From Guptibacillus hwajinpoensis (lineage in GTDB: Bacteria > Bacillota > Bacilli > Bacillales > Bacillaceae_O), in the NCBI GenBank assembly GCA_016841765.1, contig JAENYN010000020.1:3655-67654 (forward strand): 64,000 nucleotides of DNA, given 5' to 3'. The notes below the pieces were generated by a model, which made no database searches, was not told where the DNA came from, and saw only the letters and a program-made list of their open reading frames with translations. Each line of letters starts with the position of its first letter. The first letter of the stretch is position 1. Both the position numbers and the translations under genes were made by a program. Shown piece by piece: positions 8,753-20,572 of the stretch.

Positions 8753-9080
8753 CCAGATTTTTTTCTCCCTCCATAATTGAACAATACAATGTATGCTCAG
8801 GACGTCAGTCAACCTTATCTCCTTTGCCGTAATCCCCTCTGAAATCACAACGAACAAAAACAGAATGAACCCTTCGCCCCGGCTTGGACGAGAACAACAT
8901 ATATGATAGCGATCCGTATTTTACAAGCAGCAAAGTAAGCCGCTATGCTCTATCTTCCGTTTCGCCACATAAACGATCGCGAATTGTTTCTTCCCGCCAT
9001 TTTCTTTTTTGTCATAATGGTAGGAATGAGAAATAAAATACAGTAGGTGCCGGCATGATCTATTTTCATTTTAAAATTAG

Positions 9081-9110
9081 TCATAAGAAAGTAGGACAAC
9101 ATCATAGATA
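9081..9110 (+). promoter_or_regulatory. Sigma-E-like promoter candidate for spoIVA
   Basis: tcataag ... catagata loosely resembles the sigma-E -35/-10 (TCATATT / CATACAnT). It lies 70 nt upstream of the ATG. Confidence 0.3.
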
Positions 9111-9179
9111 TATAATGTCTTAGATTAGCTGTGGCCTTGGATTTATAAATCCCTATAATTTCAGACCGGGAGGGATCAC

Positions 9180-10658
9180 ATGGAAAAGGTAGATATTTTT
9201 AAAGATATTGCGGAACGAACGGACGGAGATATATATCTCGGTGTAGTGGGGGCCGTCCGGACAGGCAAATCGACTTTCATTAAGAAGTTCATGGAGCTTG
9301 TCGTTCTGCCGAATATCGAAAGTGAATCAGACAGGGCGAGGACTCAGGATGAACTGCCGCAGTCAGCTGCCGGAAGGACGATTATGACGACAGAACCGAA
9401 ATTCGTGCCCAATCAGGCGGTATCCCTGGATGTGGATGAAGGGCTTGAAGTGCGGGTGCGCCTTGTTGACTGTGTCGGGTATACAGTGCCAGGGGCAAAG
9501 GGCTATGAAGATGAAAATGGGCCAAGGATGATCAACACGCCGTGGTATGAAGAACCGATTCCGTTCCATGAAGCAGCGGAAATCGGCACCCGCAAGGTCA
9601 TTCAGGAACATTCGACGATCGGTGTCGTCATTACGACAGACGGAACGATCGGCGAAATACCGAGAAGTGATTATTTACAGGCCGAAGAAAGAGTCATTGA
9701 AGAATTGAAAGAGGTTGGGAAGCCATTCATAATGGTGGTGAATACCGTTCAGCCCCACCATCCTGATACAGAAGCTCTCCGCCAGAAGCTGAACGACAAA
9801 TATGACATTCCGGTTCTTGCAATGAGCATAGAATCGATGAGGGAGCAAGATGTGAACAATGTCCTGCGGGAAGCGCTATATGAATTCCCGGTCCTTGAAG
9901 TGAATGTCAATCTCCCAAGCTGGGTCATGGTCTTAAAAGAGGATCACTGGCTCAGGCAGAGCTATCAGGAAGCAGTTCAGGATACGGTCAAAGATATCAA
10001 GAGGCTCCGCGATGTCGACTTCGTCGTTGGCCAGTTCAATGAATATGAGTTCATTGACAGGGCTGGATTGGCAGGAATCGAAATGGGGCAGGGCATAGCG
10101 GAAATCGACCTTTACGCACCTGATGACCTTTATGATCAGATACTGAGGGAAGTAGTCGGCGTGGAGATCCGCGGAAAAGACCACTTGCTTGAAATCATGC
10201 AGGATCTGTCTCATGCAAAATCGGAATATGACCAGGTTGCCGATGCATTGAAAATGGTTAAGCAAACAGGATACGGGATCGCCGCACCTGCCCTTTCTGA
10301 CATGAGCCTCGATGAACCTGAAATCATCCGCCAGGGCTCAAGGTTCGGTGTCCGCCTGAAGGCAGTGGCGCCGTCCATCCATATGATTAAAGTGGATGTT
10401 GAATCGGAATTCGCCCCGATCATCGGCACTGAAAAGCAGAGTGAAGAACTTGTCCGTTACTTGATGCAGGATTTTGAGGATGACCCGCTTTCCATCTGGA
10501 GTTCCGATATTTTCGGCCGTTCCCTGAGCTCGATCGTCAGGGAAGGGATCCAGGCGAAGCTGTCGCTCATGCCTGAAAATGCCCGCTATAAGCTGAAAGA
10601 AACCCTTGAACGAATCATCAATGAAGGATCCGGCGGCCTGATCGCGATCATTCTTTGA
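9180..10658 (+). CDS. spoIVA: Stage IV sporulation protein A (spore coat basement-layer ATPase)
   Basis: 492 aa with Walker A GAVRTGKST. Highly conserved N-terminus MEKVDIFKDIAERTDGDIYLGVVG. Confidence 0.97.
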   Translation: MEKVDIFKDIAERTDGDIYLGVVGAVRTGKSTFIKKFMELVVLPNIESESDRARTQDELPQSAAGRTIMTTEPKFVPNQAVSLDVDEGLEVRVRLVDCVGYTVPGAKGYEDENGPRMINTPWYEEPIPFHEAAEIGTRKVIQEHSTIGVVITTDGTIGEIPRSDYLQAEERVIEELKEVGKPFIMVVNTVQPHHPDTEALRQKLNDKYDIPVLAMSIESMREQDVNNVLREALYEFPVLEVNVNLPSWVMVLKEDHWLRQSYQEAVQDTVKDIKRLRDVDFVVGQFNEYEFIDRAGLAGIEMGQGIAEIDLYAPDDLYDQILREVVGVEIRGKDHLLEIMQDLSHAKSEYDQVADALKMVKQTGYGIAAPALSDMSLDEPEIIRQGSRFGVRLKAVAPSIHMIKVDVESEFAPIIGTEKQSEELVRYLMQDFEDDPLSIWSSDIFGRSLSSIVREGIQAKLSLMPENARYKLKETLERIINEGSGGLIAIIL

Positions 10659-10663
10659 GCAGG

Positions 10664-10694
10664 AAGACTCCTTTTGACAGAGGAGTCTTTTTTG
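10664..10694 (+). terminator. Intrinsic terminator after spoIVA
   Basis: Stem aagactcct/aggagtctt, 8-nt loop, then TTTTT. Confidence 0.85.
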
Positions 10695-10837
10695 CTGATA
10701 AATTATAATATTTTTGCGTTGGGCAGTGTATATAAGGGAGTCATCCTGTTTCGGGCGCCAGTGGCCACCGCCAAAAGCGGTGGTCCTCTCCGTAAGAAAA
10801 ATCGCGGGTCCCCTGCGTTTTTGTTCCCGTAGAGGAA

Positions 10838-10940
10838 AAAGAAGCAATTCGACGCAGCTGCCAATTTTAAGAATATAGATAAGGGCAGCTATGTCTCTGC
10901 CTTAGCCTGAAAGCCCCGCCAATCTGCGAGTTTTTTAAAT
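10838..10940 (+). repeat. Dispersed repeat, copy A (partner inverted at 57547-57633)
   Basis: A 38-nt core ttcgacgcagctgccaattttaagaatatagataaggg matches the reverse complement of 57596-57633 with 1 mismatch. A second 18-nt core, cgccaatctgcgagtttt, matches the reverse complement of 57562-57579 with 1 mismatch. Confidence 0.85.
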
Positions 10941-11183
10941 TGTTGCTGACGGCTTGCGGATGTTTGGTCCTTGGTATTGAAAGGCGGAGTGGTTAATAAA
11001 GTCGGTGAATTTGACAGTGACTGCCTATCATTCACAAGAACATCGAGTCTGGGGAATCGGTTTTCGTAGCTTATTAAAATCGTTGGACAGAACAATAATG
11101 AAATGCCGACAATATCGGAGGAATGCCTGCAAACAGCATGCCGGTTCTTTATCTTTCTATGACTTCACAACTTGTTATAAGCG

Positions 11184-11562
11184 TTGTGGGAAAGGTTCAA
11201 TGCCTATTGTTTATTCGACTGATTACAGGCACTGAAAAATGGTTCAGTACTTGTAATTAATGCAGAAACTCATCGGATTAGGGGGACTGAGTAGCGGTTC
11301 AGTGCCTGTAATGCAGCAAATCCCAGGATTAGGGCGCCTGAATAGCGGTTCAGTGCCTGTAATGCAGAAATTCCTCAGAATAGGGGGACTGAATAGCGGT
11401 TCAGTGCTTGTAAAGCAAGATTCCCTCGTATTAAGTGCACTGAATAACAGTTCAGTACCGGTAATGCAGCAAATCCCAGGATTAGGAGGACTGAATAAGG
11501 GTTCAGTGCCTGAATAAAAGGGTAAGCTCAATTATAGGCATTCAAGACAGGATTCAATGCCT
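11184..11562. repeat. Tandem array, about 7 units of 51 bp with a hairpin at each junction
   Basis: ggttcagt unit starts fall at 11231, 11286, 11337, 11388, 11439 and 11490, with degenerate units at 11184 and 11541. Each junction has ctgaa-tagcgg-ttcag. The array ends in the 9-bp stem ataggcatt/aatgcctat followed by attttgtt (11524-11562). Confidence 0.85.
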
Positions 11563-12134
11563 ATATTTTGTTCATGTTGGTTAAATGACGATTTTGATTT
11601 GAATGGAAGGTGATAGGTTATTGTTCCAAAGACTCCTAAAAGCGCCTGCGGACTTGTTTTATGACGGTGTGAACGAGTAAATGGAAATCTGCCAAGTAAT
11701 TAACATCATGTTAAGGGATAAAAACGAATTTCTGATGATATCCAGGGTCAACCGCTCTTCTGTCTTCGCCCGAATTATCAAAAACCGGCGAATTTTCTTT
11801 GTCGAAATGTATGAAAACAAAGAAAATATACCAGGTGATGTGTAAAAAATGAATTTTTTGGATAATATGTAAAAAAACGCACCAATCCTTTGTTAACCGC
11901 ACTATTCGCTATTGCAAAGGCTTCCGCTGATGTGATATGTTTTACACGTAATGTGTGGCAATGCTGGAAATTTTTCTAGAAAAACGGTGAATATTGTTGA
12001 AAGTTATTGAATTTCCTTTTATTCTCGTTTATTATAAGGCTTGTCAGCATTTAGCCTGCACACGTTTACCGCTTTTTCATGAAAAGTGAGCAAGATGGAA
12101 TAATCTCAACTTAATTGGGAGGAGGTGAATCGGC

Positions 12135-12407
12135 ATGAACAAGACAGATTTGATTAACACAGTAGCTGAGCAAGGGGAAATTTCCAAGAAGGATGCTACG
12201 AAAGCTGTAGATGCAGTTTTCGATGCCATCACTGAAACTTTGCAAAAAGGCGACAAAGTTCAATTGATCGGTTTCGGTAACTTCGAAGTTCGTGAGCGCG
12301 CTTCCCGTAAAGGACGCAACCCTCAAACTGGAGAAGAAATCGAAATCCCAGCAAGCAAGGTACCGGCGTTCAAACCGGGCAAAGCCCTTAAGGATGCTGT
12401 AAAATAA
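12135..12407 (+). CDS. hbs: Nucleoid protein HU (HBsu)
   Basis: 90 aa. MNKTDLIN...[26 protein letters not shown] is a canonical HU sequence. SD ggaggaggtg. Confidence 0.97.
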   Translation: MNKTDLINTVAEQGEISKKDATKAVDAVFDAITETLQKGDKVQLIGFGNFEVRERASRKGRNPQTGEEIEIPASKVPAFKPGKALKDAVK

Positions 12408-12422
12408 TACATAAAGGGCTGA

Positions 12423-12455
12423 AAAGGCTGCACACCTGGTGCAGCCTTTTTGTTA
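12423..12455 (+). terminator. Intrinsic terminator after hbs
   Basis: Stem aaaggctgcac/gtgcagccttt followed by a T-run. Confidence 0.85.
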
Positions 12456-12497
12456 TTCATTGCTTTTTATGGGAAGCAGGGCGGAAGGCGCGCCAAC

Positions 12498-12526
12498 TTT
12501 ACCAATCGCTGCCCCTGTGCTAGAAT
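12498..12526 (+). promoter_or_regulatory. Sigma-A promoter candidate for folE-mtrB
   Basis: TTTACC-17-TAGAAT with a TGn extension (tgtgctagaat). Confidence 0.5.
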
Positions 12527-12575
12527 CATCTTGTCGACTTTTGGAGACATTCTTTGAGAGCGGGGGAAAATAAAC

Positions 12576-13142
12576 ATGTCAAATGTTAATCATAAACAGA
12601 TTGAAGAAGCAGTCAGAATGATTCTTGAAGCGATTGGTGAAGATCCGAACCGTGAAGGGCTGCTTGATACGCCACAACGTGTGGCAAGAATGTATGGAGA
12701 GGTGTTTGAAGGTCTTGATCAGGATCCTTCCGAACATTTTGCAACAATATTCAGTGAAGATCACGAAGAATTAGTACTCGTGAAAGATATTCCGTTTTAT
12801 TCCATGTGCGAGCACCATCTTGTGCCGTTTTTCGGTAATGCGCACGTTGCCTATATACCCAAAGGCGGCAAAGTGACAGGGCTTTCAAAATTGGCCCGTG
12901 CCGTTGAGGCAGTTGCGAAGCGTCCGCAGCTGCAGGAAAGAATCACATCAACAATTGCAAACACCATTGTGGAAAAACTGCAGCCGCACGGTGTCATGGT
13001 CGTAGTGGAAGCGGAGCATATGTGCATGACGATGCGCGGCGTCAAAAAGCCCGGGTCAAAAACGGTTACTTCTGCAGTCCGGGGAATTTTTGAGCATGAT
13101 CCGGCTGCCAGGGCGGAAGTTTTATCACTCATAAAAGGGTAA
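12576..13142 (+). CDS. folE: GTP cyclohydrolase I
   Basis: 188 aa. [10 protein letters not shown] and [10 protein letters not shown] motifs are present. Syntenic with B. subtilis mtrA. Confidence 0.96.
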   Translation: MSNVNHKQIEEAVRMILEAIGEDPNREGLLDTPQRVARMYGEVFEGLDQDPSEHFATIFSEDHEELVLVKDIPFYSMCEHHLVPFFGNAHVAYIPKGGKVTGLSKLARAVEAVAKRPQLQERITSTIANTIVEKLQPHGVMVVVEAEHMCMTMRGVKKPGSKTVTSAVRGIFEHDPAARAEVLSLIKG

Positions 13143-13232
13143 GCCCGTATACCTGTTTCCGATACGTAAAACGTTGACAATTTATTGTAGTTACGAGATA
13201 TTTATGTATGTATAGTTAAGGGGGCTGCATGT

Positions 13233-13463
13233 ATGAAACAGGAAGACAAAACGGATTTTTTTGTCATAAAGGCGAAAGAGGACGGAGTGAATGTGATCGG
13301 TTTGACCCGGGGCTCGGATACGAGATTCCATCATACTGAAAAACTGGACAAAGGTGAAGTGATGATCGCCCAATTCACTGAGCATACGTCAGCCGTCAAG
13401 ATCCGCGGCCGCGCGGTCATCCAGACGAGCCACGGCGAAATGGATACGGAAGTGAACGATTAA
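13233..13463 (+). CDS. mtrB: trp RNA-binding attenuation protein (TRAP)
   Basis: 76 aa. [52 protein letters not shown] is near-identical to B. subtilis TRAP as I recall it. Confidence 0.95.
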   Translation: MKQEDKTDFFVIKAKEDGVNVIGLTRGSDTRFHHTEKLDKGEVMIAQFTEHTSAVKIRGRAVIQTSHGEMDTEVND

Positions 13464-13484
13464 CCCAAACAAGAAGAGACAAGG

Positions 13485-14309
13485 ATGATGATTGTGCAGG
13501 CATACAAAAAACGGGAAAGGGACATCCATGAACTTAAACGCGACCTCAATGACAAGATAAAGCATCCCTATCTTATGAAGTTCATCAGCGAGCCTGTAGT
13601 GGATGTGGATAAATTGCATTTTCTTTATAATATGTATAGGGATACGTCCTTCACGTTAAAAGAAAGCCGGTCATATATCATTCCCACCATGCTTGTCCAG
13701 GTTGCACTCGATACCCACGAAGCGGTTCAGACAGGCACCGTGAAAAGCAGCCGCGATAAAACAAGAAACCGCCAGCTTACCGTGCTGGCCGGAGACTATT
13801 ACAGCGGGCTGTATTATCATTTGCTCGCACAAATGAGTGATATATCGATGATCAGCCGGCTGGCAGGTGCGATAAAAGAAATGAATGAAGCGAAAATCCT
13901 GCTTTACAGGCGTGATGCCTCAACGATCAGGGACTTGCTTGCGGGCGTCAGGGCAATTGAAGCCAGGCTCCTCCAGAATACTGCCGAATTTCTCGGTTTG
14001 CCTGGTATGAAGGAGGCGGCGGGCGAATTTTTCTTTATAAAACGTGCTCAGCAGGAAAGGGAACTGCTTGCCGGACGTTCTTTTTCTCCGTTTTTTGCCG
14101 CACTTTCGAGCATTCTTGGCATGTCCGAACTGGATGAGCAAACGACAAGTGAACAGGCCGAACTGGTAGGGATCACCGGCCACCTTATCGAAGACAGCAA
14201 AGAGAGGCTGCTGTCGGCATTGCCTGCTGAAGGAGAATTGGTTCATTATGTACAAAATCGCCTGGTCGAGCTTGAAGCCGGGCTGGAAAAAGTTGCGGAA
14301 GAAGGGTAG
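13485..14309 (+). CDS. hepS: Heptaprenyl diphosphate synthase component I
   Basis: [20 protein letters not shown] matches the HepS signature. Position before menG/hepT agrees. The exact start is uncertain (ATG 13485/13488 or GTG 13494). Confidence 0.88.
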   Translation: MMIVQAYKKRERDIHELKRDLNDKIKHPYLMKFISEPVVDVDKLHFLYNMYRDTSFTLKESRSYIIPTMLVQVALDTHEAVQTGTVKSSRDKTRNRQLTVLAGDYYSGLYYHLLAQMSDISMISRLAGAIKEMNEAKILLYRRDASTIRDLLAGVRAIEARLLQNTAEFLGLPGMKEAAGEFFFIKRAQQERELLAGRSFSPFFAALSSILGMSELDEQTTSEQAELVGITGHLIEDSKERLLSALPAEGELVHYVQNRLVELEAGLEKVAEEG

Positions 14310-14311
14310 CC

Positions 14312-15022
14312 ATGGCACAGTCAAAAGAAGAGCGTGTTCATCAGGTGTTCGAGAAAATCTATGAAAACTATGACAGCATGAATTCCGTTATCAGTTTTAA
14401 CCGCCATAAGGCCTGGCGCAAAGATACGATGAAACGCATGTGCGTCAAAAACGGCGCAAAAAGCCTCGATCTCTGCTGCGGAACTGGGGACTGGTCCATC
14501 GCGATGGGCAAAGAAGTCGGACCGAATGGCGAAGTGGTCGGGCTCGATTTCAGTGAAAATATGCTTAAGATCGGGAAGGAAAAGCTCGATGGCCTGGACA
14601 TGGATAATATATCCCTGATCCACGGGAATGCGATGAGTCTCCCTTTTGAAGATAACAGTTTCGATTATGTGACAATCGGTTTCGGGTTACGGAACGTTCC
14701 CGATTATATGCAGGTCCTAAAGGAAATGTATCGTGTTGTAAAGCCTGGCGGAAAGGCTGTTTGCCTCGAAACATCACAGCCGACAATGCCGGTGTTCAGG
14801 GAATTTTACTATTTTTATTTTAAGAAAGTCATGCCCGTCATGGGAAAATTGTTTGCAAAAAGCTATCAAGAGTATTCCTGGCTGCAGGAATCAGCAAGTG
14901 AATTTCCGGACAGCCGCAAACTGGCAGAGATGTTCAAGGAAGCAGGATTTGTGAATGTCGAAGTGAAACAATATACCGGCGGTGTAGCCGCGATGCATCT
15001 CGGGTATAAACCGAAGGCATGA
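14312..15022 (+). CDS. menG: Demethylmenaquinone methyltransferase (UbiE/MenG family)
   Basis: 236 aa. SAM motif [10 protein letters not shown], then [10 protein letters not shown]. Confidence 0.95.
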   Translation: MAQSKEERVHQVFEKIYENYDSMNSVISFNRHKAWRKDTMKRMCVKNGAKSLDLCCGTGDWSIAMGKEVGPNGEVVGLDFSENMLKIGKEKLDGLDMDNISLIHGNAMSLPFEDNSFDYVTIGFGLRNVPDYMQVLKEMYRVVKPGGKAVCLETSQPTMPVFREFYYFYFKKVMPVMGKLFAKSYQEYSWLQESASEFPDSRKLAEMFKEAGFVNVEVKQYTGGVAAMHLGYKPKA

Positions 15023-15148
15023 CAGCGGGCCGCCGTTTCTTTTGCGAAAAGGCACCCGCAATGGCTGTTGGCTGGTTAAGGGGAAGTGCCGGTTTAGGTC
15101 CGGCAGTCTTCTGAAAAATCGTATTGGACGGATTTAAGGTGATTCCAG

Positions 15149-16111
15149 ATGAAATTAAAAATGTTATATGCTTATCTTAATTCAGATTTAGATGCCATCG
15201 AAAAAGAACTGTATCAAACAATACAGGCACGGCATCCCCTCCTCCGTGAAGCATCTGAGCATTTATTGAGTGCAGGCGGAAAACGGATCCGGCCTGCTTT
15301 TGTTTTGCTTGCGGGGAAGTTTGGCAACTACGATATCGAAACGATGAAAAAGGTCGCCGTTTCCCTGGAATTGATTCACATGGCCTCGCTTGTGCATGAC
15401 GACGTAGTCGATGATGCGGAGCTGAGAAGGGGACAGTTGACGATAAAGTCAAAATGGGATAACCGGATTGCGATGTATACCGGCGATTACATATTTGCAA
15501 GGTCTCTGGAAATGATGACGGAGCTTAATAAACCTGAAGCACACCAGATTCTGTCAAAAACAATTGTGGAAGTTTGCATCGGTGAAATCGAGCAAATCAG
15601 GGATCAATATAACTGGGATCAGGATTTGCGGAACTATCTCCGCCGCATAAAGCGGAAGACGGCCCTGCTCATCGCGGTTAGCTGTGAGCTTGGTGCTGTG
15701 GCTGCCGGTGTTTCGAAACAGGAACAGCGGCTTTTGTATCAGTACGGATACAATGTCGGCATGGCGTTTCAGATCACAGATGACATTCTGGATTTCACAG
15801 GGACGGAAAAGGAACTCGGGAAACCTGCCGGCGGAGACCTCAAGCAGGGAAATATCACCCTGCCGGCCCTGTATGCAAGACAGGATGACAGCATCCGCTC
15901 CGAACTCCTCAAAGTGGGGCCGGACCCGGCGTCATACGATCTGGAACATGTCCTCTCCCTGATCAGGTCTTCGGGCGGCATTGAATACTCGCGGGAAATC
16001 AGCGACCGATATTTGTCAAAAGCATATGAAGCCCTTCAGCTTCTGCCGGATAACAGGGCCAATCAAACGCTGAAAAAAATAGCTGAGTTTATCGGAAAGC
16101 GCAAGTATTAA
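15149..16111 (+). CDS. hepT: Heptaprenyl diphosphate synthase component II
   Basis: 320 aa trans-prenyltransferase with DDVVDD and DDILD aspartate-rich motifs. Confidence 0.95.
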   Translation: MKLKMLYAYLNSDLDAIEKELYQTIQARHPLLREASEHLLSAGGKRIRPAFVLLAGKFGNYDIETMKKVAVSLELIHMASLVHDDVVDDAELRRGQLTIKSKWDNRIAMYTGDYIFARSLEMMTELNKPEAHQILSKTIVEVCIGEIEQIRDQYNWDQDLRNYLRRIKRKTALLIAVSCELGAVAAGVSKQEQRLLYQYGYNVGMAFQITDDILDFTGTEKELGKPAGGDLKQGNITLPALYARQDDSIRSELLKVGPDPASYDLEHVLSLIRSSGGIEYSREISDRYLSKAYEALQLLPDNRANQTLKKIAEFIGKRKY

Positions 16112-16132
16112 TCCGATTGCTTCTGCTCAAAT

Positions 16133-16161
16133 TTGATAATGTTGAGAAAATTTGATAAAAT
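16133..16161 (+). promoter_or_regulatory. Sigma-A promoter candidate for ndk
   Basis: TTGATA-17-TAAAAT. Confidence 0.5.
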
Positions 16162-16230
16162 CTACAATGGTTTATCCCGATGGGAAGACCCTTTCTTTAC
16201 ATAGCTTTTAAAAGGATAGGAGAGAGATTT

Positions 16231-16677
16231 ATGGAAAAAACATTTGTAATGGTCAAACCCGACGGCGTCCAGCGCAACCTGGTGGGTGAGATTGTCTGTC
16301 GTTTTGAGAAAAAAGGTTTCCAGCTTGCCGGTGCCAAACTGATGCAAATCTCCCAGGAGCTTGCCGAGGAACATTACGGCGAGCATAAAGAGCGCCCATT
16401 CTTCCCTGAACTGGTCGAATTCATCACATCCGGGCCGGTATTTGCAATGGTGTGGCAGGGTGAGAACGTCATCGCAACCGCCCGCCAGATGATGGGGAAA
16501 ACCAATCCGGCTGAAGCGCTTCCGGGCACGATCCGCGGCGACTTCGGACTTACAGTTGGCAAAAATGTCATTCACGGATCAGATTCACCTGAGAGTGCCG
16601 AAAGGGAAATCGGTTTGTTCTTCAAAGAGGGGGAACTGGTCGACTACAAAAAGGATTCCGACACCTGGATCTATTAA
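16231..16677 (+). CDS. ndk: Nucleoside diphosphate kinase
   Basis: [15 protein letters not shown]... and NVIHGSDS (catalytic His). ATG 16231 with SD aaaggataggagag gives 148 aa. The track ORF has a spurious 17-aa extension. Confidence 0.96.
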   Translation: MEKTFVMVKPDGVQRNLVGEIVCRFEKKGFQLAGAKLMQISQELAEEHYGEHKERPFFPELVEFITSGPVFAMVWQGENVIATARQMMGKTNPAEALPGTIRGDFGLTVGKNVIHGSDSPESAEREIGLFFKEGELVDYKKDSDTWIY

Positions 16678-16703
16678 TTTCATATTTTGTAATCGCTTTA
16701 CCG

Positions 16704-16735
16704 GCCTTTCCATACTGGAAAGGCTTTTCTTTTTT
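16704..16735 (+). terminator. Intrinsic terminator after ndk
   Basis: Stem gcctttcc/ggaaaggc followed by ttttctttttt. Confidence 0.85.
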
Positions 16736-16812
16736 CGGCAGTTGCCTGACAGGTTTTCCGTAAAATATGTAAAATGTTCTGGATAATCTTCCGGAAGTGT
16801 GATAAATATTAG

Positions 16813-17658
<846 letters not shown>

Positions 17659-17719
17659 AAAAAGTGATGCCTTTTTTTCTATACTGATACATATAAAACT
17701 AGGAATAGGAGTTGGTCGA

Positions 17720-18892
17720 ATGCGTTACCTAACAGCCGGAGAATCACATGGCCCCCAGTTGACTGCCATTATTGAAGGGCTGCCCTCACTCATGCCGCTT
17801 GTCGAGGAAGATATAAATGTTGAATTGCAGCGCAGGCAAAAGGGCTACGGCAGGGGAAGGAGGATGCAGATCGAAAAAGATCAGGCCCGCATTCTGAGCG
17901 GTGTCAGGCATGGACGAACCCTCGGGTCCCCTGTTACGCTAGCTGTCGAAAATAAAGACTGGACGCACTGGACACATGTCATGGGGAGCGAGCCGATCAC
18001 AGAAGAAGAAGAGCAGGATGTGAAAAGGAAAATCTCAAGGCCGCGCCCGGGGCACGCGGACTTGAATGGTGCCATAAAATACGGCCACCGCGACTTGCGG
18101 AACGTCCTTGAACGTTCTTCCGCACGCGAGACGACGGTGCGTGTCGCAGCAGGTGCGGCTGCAAAAAAGCTTCTGCAGGAACTCGGGATATCCGTTGCCG
18201 GCCATGTTGTGGAAATCGGCGGGGTGAAAGCGGGACCGGCGGATACCGGCTCAATGGACGAAATCCGGGAACGGACAGAGGCTTCCCCGGTCCGCTGCCT
18301 TGACAAGCAAGCTGAGCAGGCCATGATGGCTGCCATCGATGAAGCGAAGGAAAACGGAGATTCAATCGGCGGCATCGTCGAAGTCATTGTTTCCGGCATC
18401 CCGGCTGGAATCGGAAGCTATGTCCATTATGACCGCAAGCTGGATGCGAAAATCGCGGCGGCTGTCATCAGCATCAATGCATTTAAAGGGGTTGAGTTCG
18501 GAATCGGCTTTGAAGCTGCCCACTTGCCGGGAAGCAAGGTGCATGATGAAATCACGTGGAGTGAAGAAGGGGGATATAAACGGAGCACGAACCGGCTTGG
18601 CGGTTTTGAAGGCGGGATGACAACAGGCATGCCGGTCGTGGTCCGCGGCGTGATGAAACCGATCCCGACACTCTATAAACCGCTGAAAAGCGTGGATATC
18701 GAGACGAAAGAGCCTTTTGAGGCGAGTATTGAAAGATCGGACAGCTGTGCTGTCCCAGCTGCGAGTGTCGTAGCTGAAGCTGTTGTCGCCTGGGAGATCG
18801 CTTCGGCCATCGTCGGCCAATTTGAGAGTGATCGGATGGATGTGTTGAAAAAGCATATCGAAGAAGCAAGGGAAAGGGCGAGGGACTTTTAA
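17720..18892 (+). CDS. aroC: Chorismate synthase
   Basis: 390 aa. [21 protein letters not shown] and RSSARETT signatures. This gene is aroF in B. subtilis nomenclature. Confidence 0.97.
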   Translation: MRYLTAGESHGPQLTAIIEGLPSLMPLVEEDINVELQRRQKGYGRGRRMQIEKDQARILSGVRHGRTLGSPVTLAVENKDWTHWTHVMGSEPITEEEEQDVKRKISRPRPGHADLNGAIKYGHRDLRNVLERSSARETTVRVAAGAAAKKLLQELGISVAGHVVEIGGVKAGPADTGSMDEIRERTEASPVRCLDKQAEQAMMAAIDEAKENGDSIGGIVEVIVSGIPAGIGSYVHYDRKLDAKIAAAVISINAFKGVEFGIGFEAAHLPGSKVHDEITWSEEGGYKRSTNRLGGFEGGMTTGMPVVVRGVMKPIPTLYKPLKSVDIETKEPFEASIERSDSCAVPAASVVAEAVVAWEIASAIVGQFESDRMDVLKKHIEEARERARDF

Positions 18893-18893
18893 A

Positions 18894-19973
18894 ATGGAAA
18901 CATTAATGATCGAAACTTCCTCCTCAACCTACCCGGTATATATCGGTTCCGGCATTAGGAAAGAGGCTTCGGAGCTCCTCTCAACCGAGCTGTCCGGGAC
19001 TTCCGCGGTGCTGATTATCACTGATGCGAATGTTGCCCCTTTCTATCTTGAAGAGGTAAAAGCGGGCTTCTCCGCCATTGCTGAAGTACATGTGCATATT
19101 GTGGAAGCCGGCGAACAGGCTAAATCGTTTGATTCTTATTATGCCTGCCTGACTGCAGCCCTTGAAGCAGGACTCGACCGAAATTCGCTTATTGCAGCGC
19201 TCGGCGGCGGGGTGATCGGCGACCTGGCCGGGTACACAGCGGCAACCTTTATGCGCGGCATCCGGTTTGTTCAATTTCCCACCACCCTGCTTGCCCATGA
19301 CAGTGCTGTCGGAGGCAAGACAGGCATAAACCATCCCGCGGGGAAAAACCTGATCGGCGCTTTCCACCAGCCAATTGCTGTCGTTTATGATGTCGAAACA
19401 TTCAGAACGCTTCCGGAACGTGAGTGGCTGTCCGGCTTTTCAGAAATCATCAAACATAGTTTAATCGGCAGCCGCGCCTTTTATGACTGGTTAAGAAGCA
19501 ATATTTCCAATCTCGAAGATTTAAAAAACGGCAGCCTTGCATCAATCCTGAAACAAGCCATCGCCGTTAAAGCGGAGGTTGTCAGGGAGGATGAAAAAGA
19601 ACAGGGGATCCGCGCCTATTTGAATTTCGGCCATACACTCGGGCATGCACTTGAAGCCGAATTGGGCTATGGCCGCTTGACACACGGCGAAGCAGTGGCA
19701 ATCGGCATGAAATATGCACTATCCTTGAGCAAAGTGATAAAGGGGATGGGGGAAGAGGCCGATGAGGCGAAGGAATGGATCGAGTCTTTTCCTTTTCCGG
19801 AGTTTCCGAAAGGGCTTGATGCCGGTGACTTGATTGCACGGATGAAAAAAGACAAGAAATCCACATCTGGAAAAATCAATATGGTTCTACTGGAAGGAAT
19901 CGGAAAACCGGTAAGGCAGCCGGTGCCTGAGGACGACCTTGCGGATGCCATCATCAACCTTGGGGAGGAATGA
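18894..19973 (+). CDS. aroB: 3-dehydroquinate synthase
   Basis: 359 aa. GGGVIGDLAGYTAATFMRGI, DSAVGGKTGINH and NFGHTLGHALE motifs. Confidence 0.96.
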   Translation: METLMIETSSSTYPVYIGSGIRKEASELLSTELSGTSAVLIITDANVAPFYLEEVKAGFSAIAEVHVHIVEAGEQAKSFDSYYACLTAALEAGLDRNSLIAALGGGVIGDLAGYTAATFMRGIRFVQFPTTLLAHDSAVGGKTGINHPAGKNLIGAFHQPIAVVYDVETFRTLPEREWLSGFSEIIKHSLIGSRAFYDWLRSNISNLEDLKNGSLASILKQAIAVKAEVVREDEKEQGIRAYLNFGHTLGHALEAELGYGRLTHGEAVAIGMKYALSLSKVIKGMGEEADEAKEWIESFPFPEFPKGLDAGDLIARMKKDKKSTSGKINMVLLEGIGKPVRQPVPEDDLADAIINLGEE

Positions 19974-19974
19974 C

Positions 19975-20340
19975 ATGCTACGGGGAATCAGGGGAGCAAT
20001 CACTGTAAAAGAAAATGACAAAGGGGAAATCGTTGAAAATGCCCGGCGGCTGCTTGTGGAAGTGATAAAGCAGAACGGGGTGAAAGCAGATAATGTTGTT
20101 CACGCGATCTTTTCGGTGACAGATGACTTGAATGCTGAATTTCCGGCCAGGGCACTCAGGGCTATTGAGGGATGGAAATTCGTCCCCGTCATGTGCACGA
20201 GGGAGATCCCTGTCCCGGATTCTCTTCCACTTTGCATCCGCCTGATGCTCACGGTAGAGACAACAGCGGGACAGGAAGAGATCAATCATGTGTATATGGA
20301 AGAGGCAATCAACCTGCGCCCGGATTTAAAAGGAAAATGA
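19975..20340 (+). CDS. aroH: Chorismate mutase (AroH class)
   Basis: MLRGIRGAITV... is a typical AroH N-terminus. ATG 19975 follows SD ggggagg and gives 121 aa. The track ORF starts inside aroB. Confidence 0.92.
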   Translation: MLRGIRGAITVKENDKGEIVENARRLLVEVIKQNGVKADNVVHAIFSVTDDLNAEFPARALRAIEGWKFVPVMCTREIPVPDSLPLCIRLMLTVETTAGQEEINHVYMEEAINLRPDLKGK

Positions 20341-20544
20341 CAGCAAGGCCCTGCAAACGGGAATATGGCATTATGCTGCCAAGTGATGGGAGGGCCAGGA
20401 TGATTCCAAGTTTCCTGGGTACGATGTGAAAGAGGGATCCGCTGCTGAAAGTGCTGGATTGGCAGTAAGCCATTCGAGCAATTGAACAGAGATGCATCAT
20501 CAAGCAAACAGGAAAATACAGGCCGGAATATCTTGCTTTTTCGC

Positions 20545-20572
20545 TTTACCATGACAAAGAATATGCTACAAT
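20545..20572 (+). promoter_or_regulatory. Sigma-A promoter candidate for hisC-tyrA-aroA
   Basis: TTTACC-16-TACAAT with a TGn extension (tgctacaat). It lies in the 290-bp spacer that replaces the trp genes of the B. subtilis arrangement. Confidence 0.45.
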
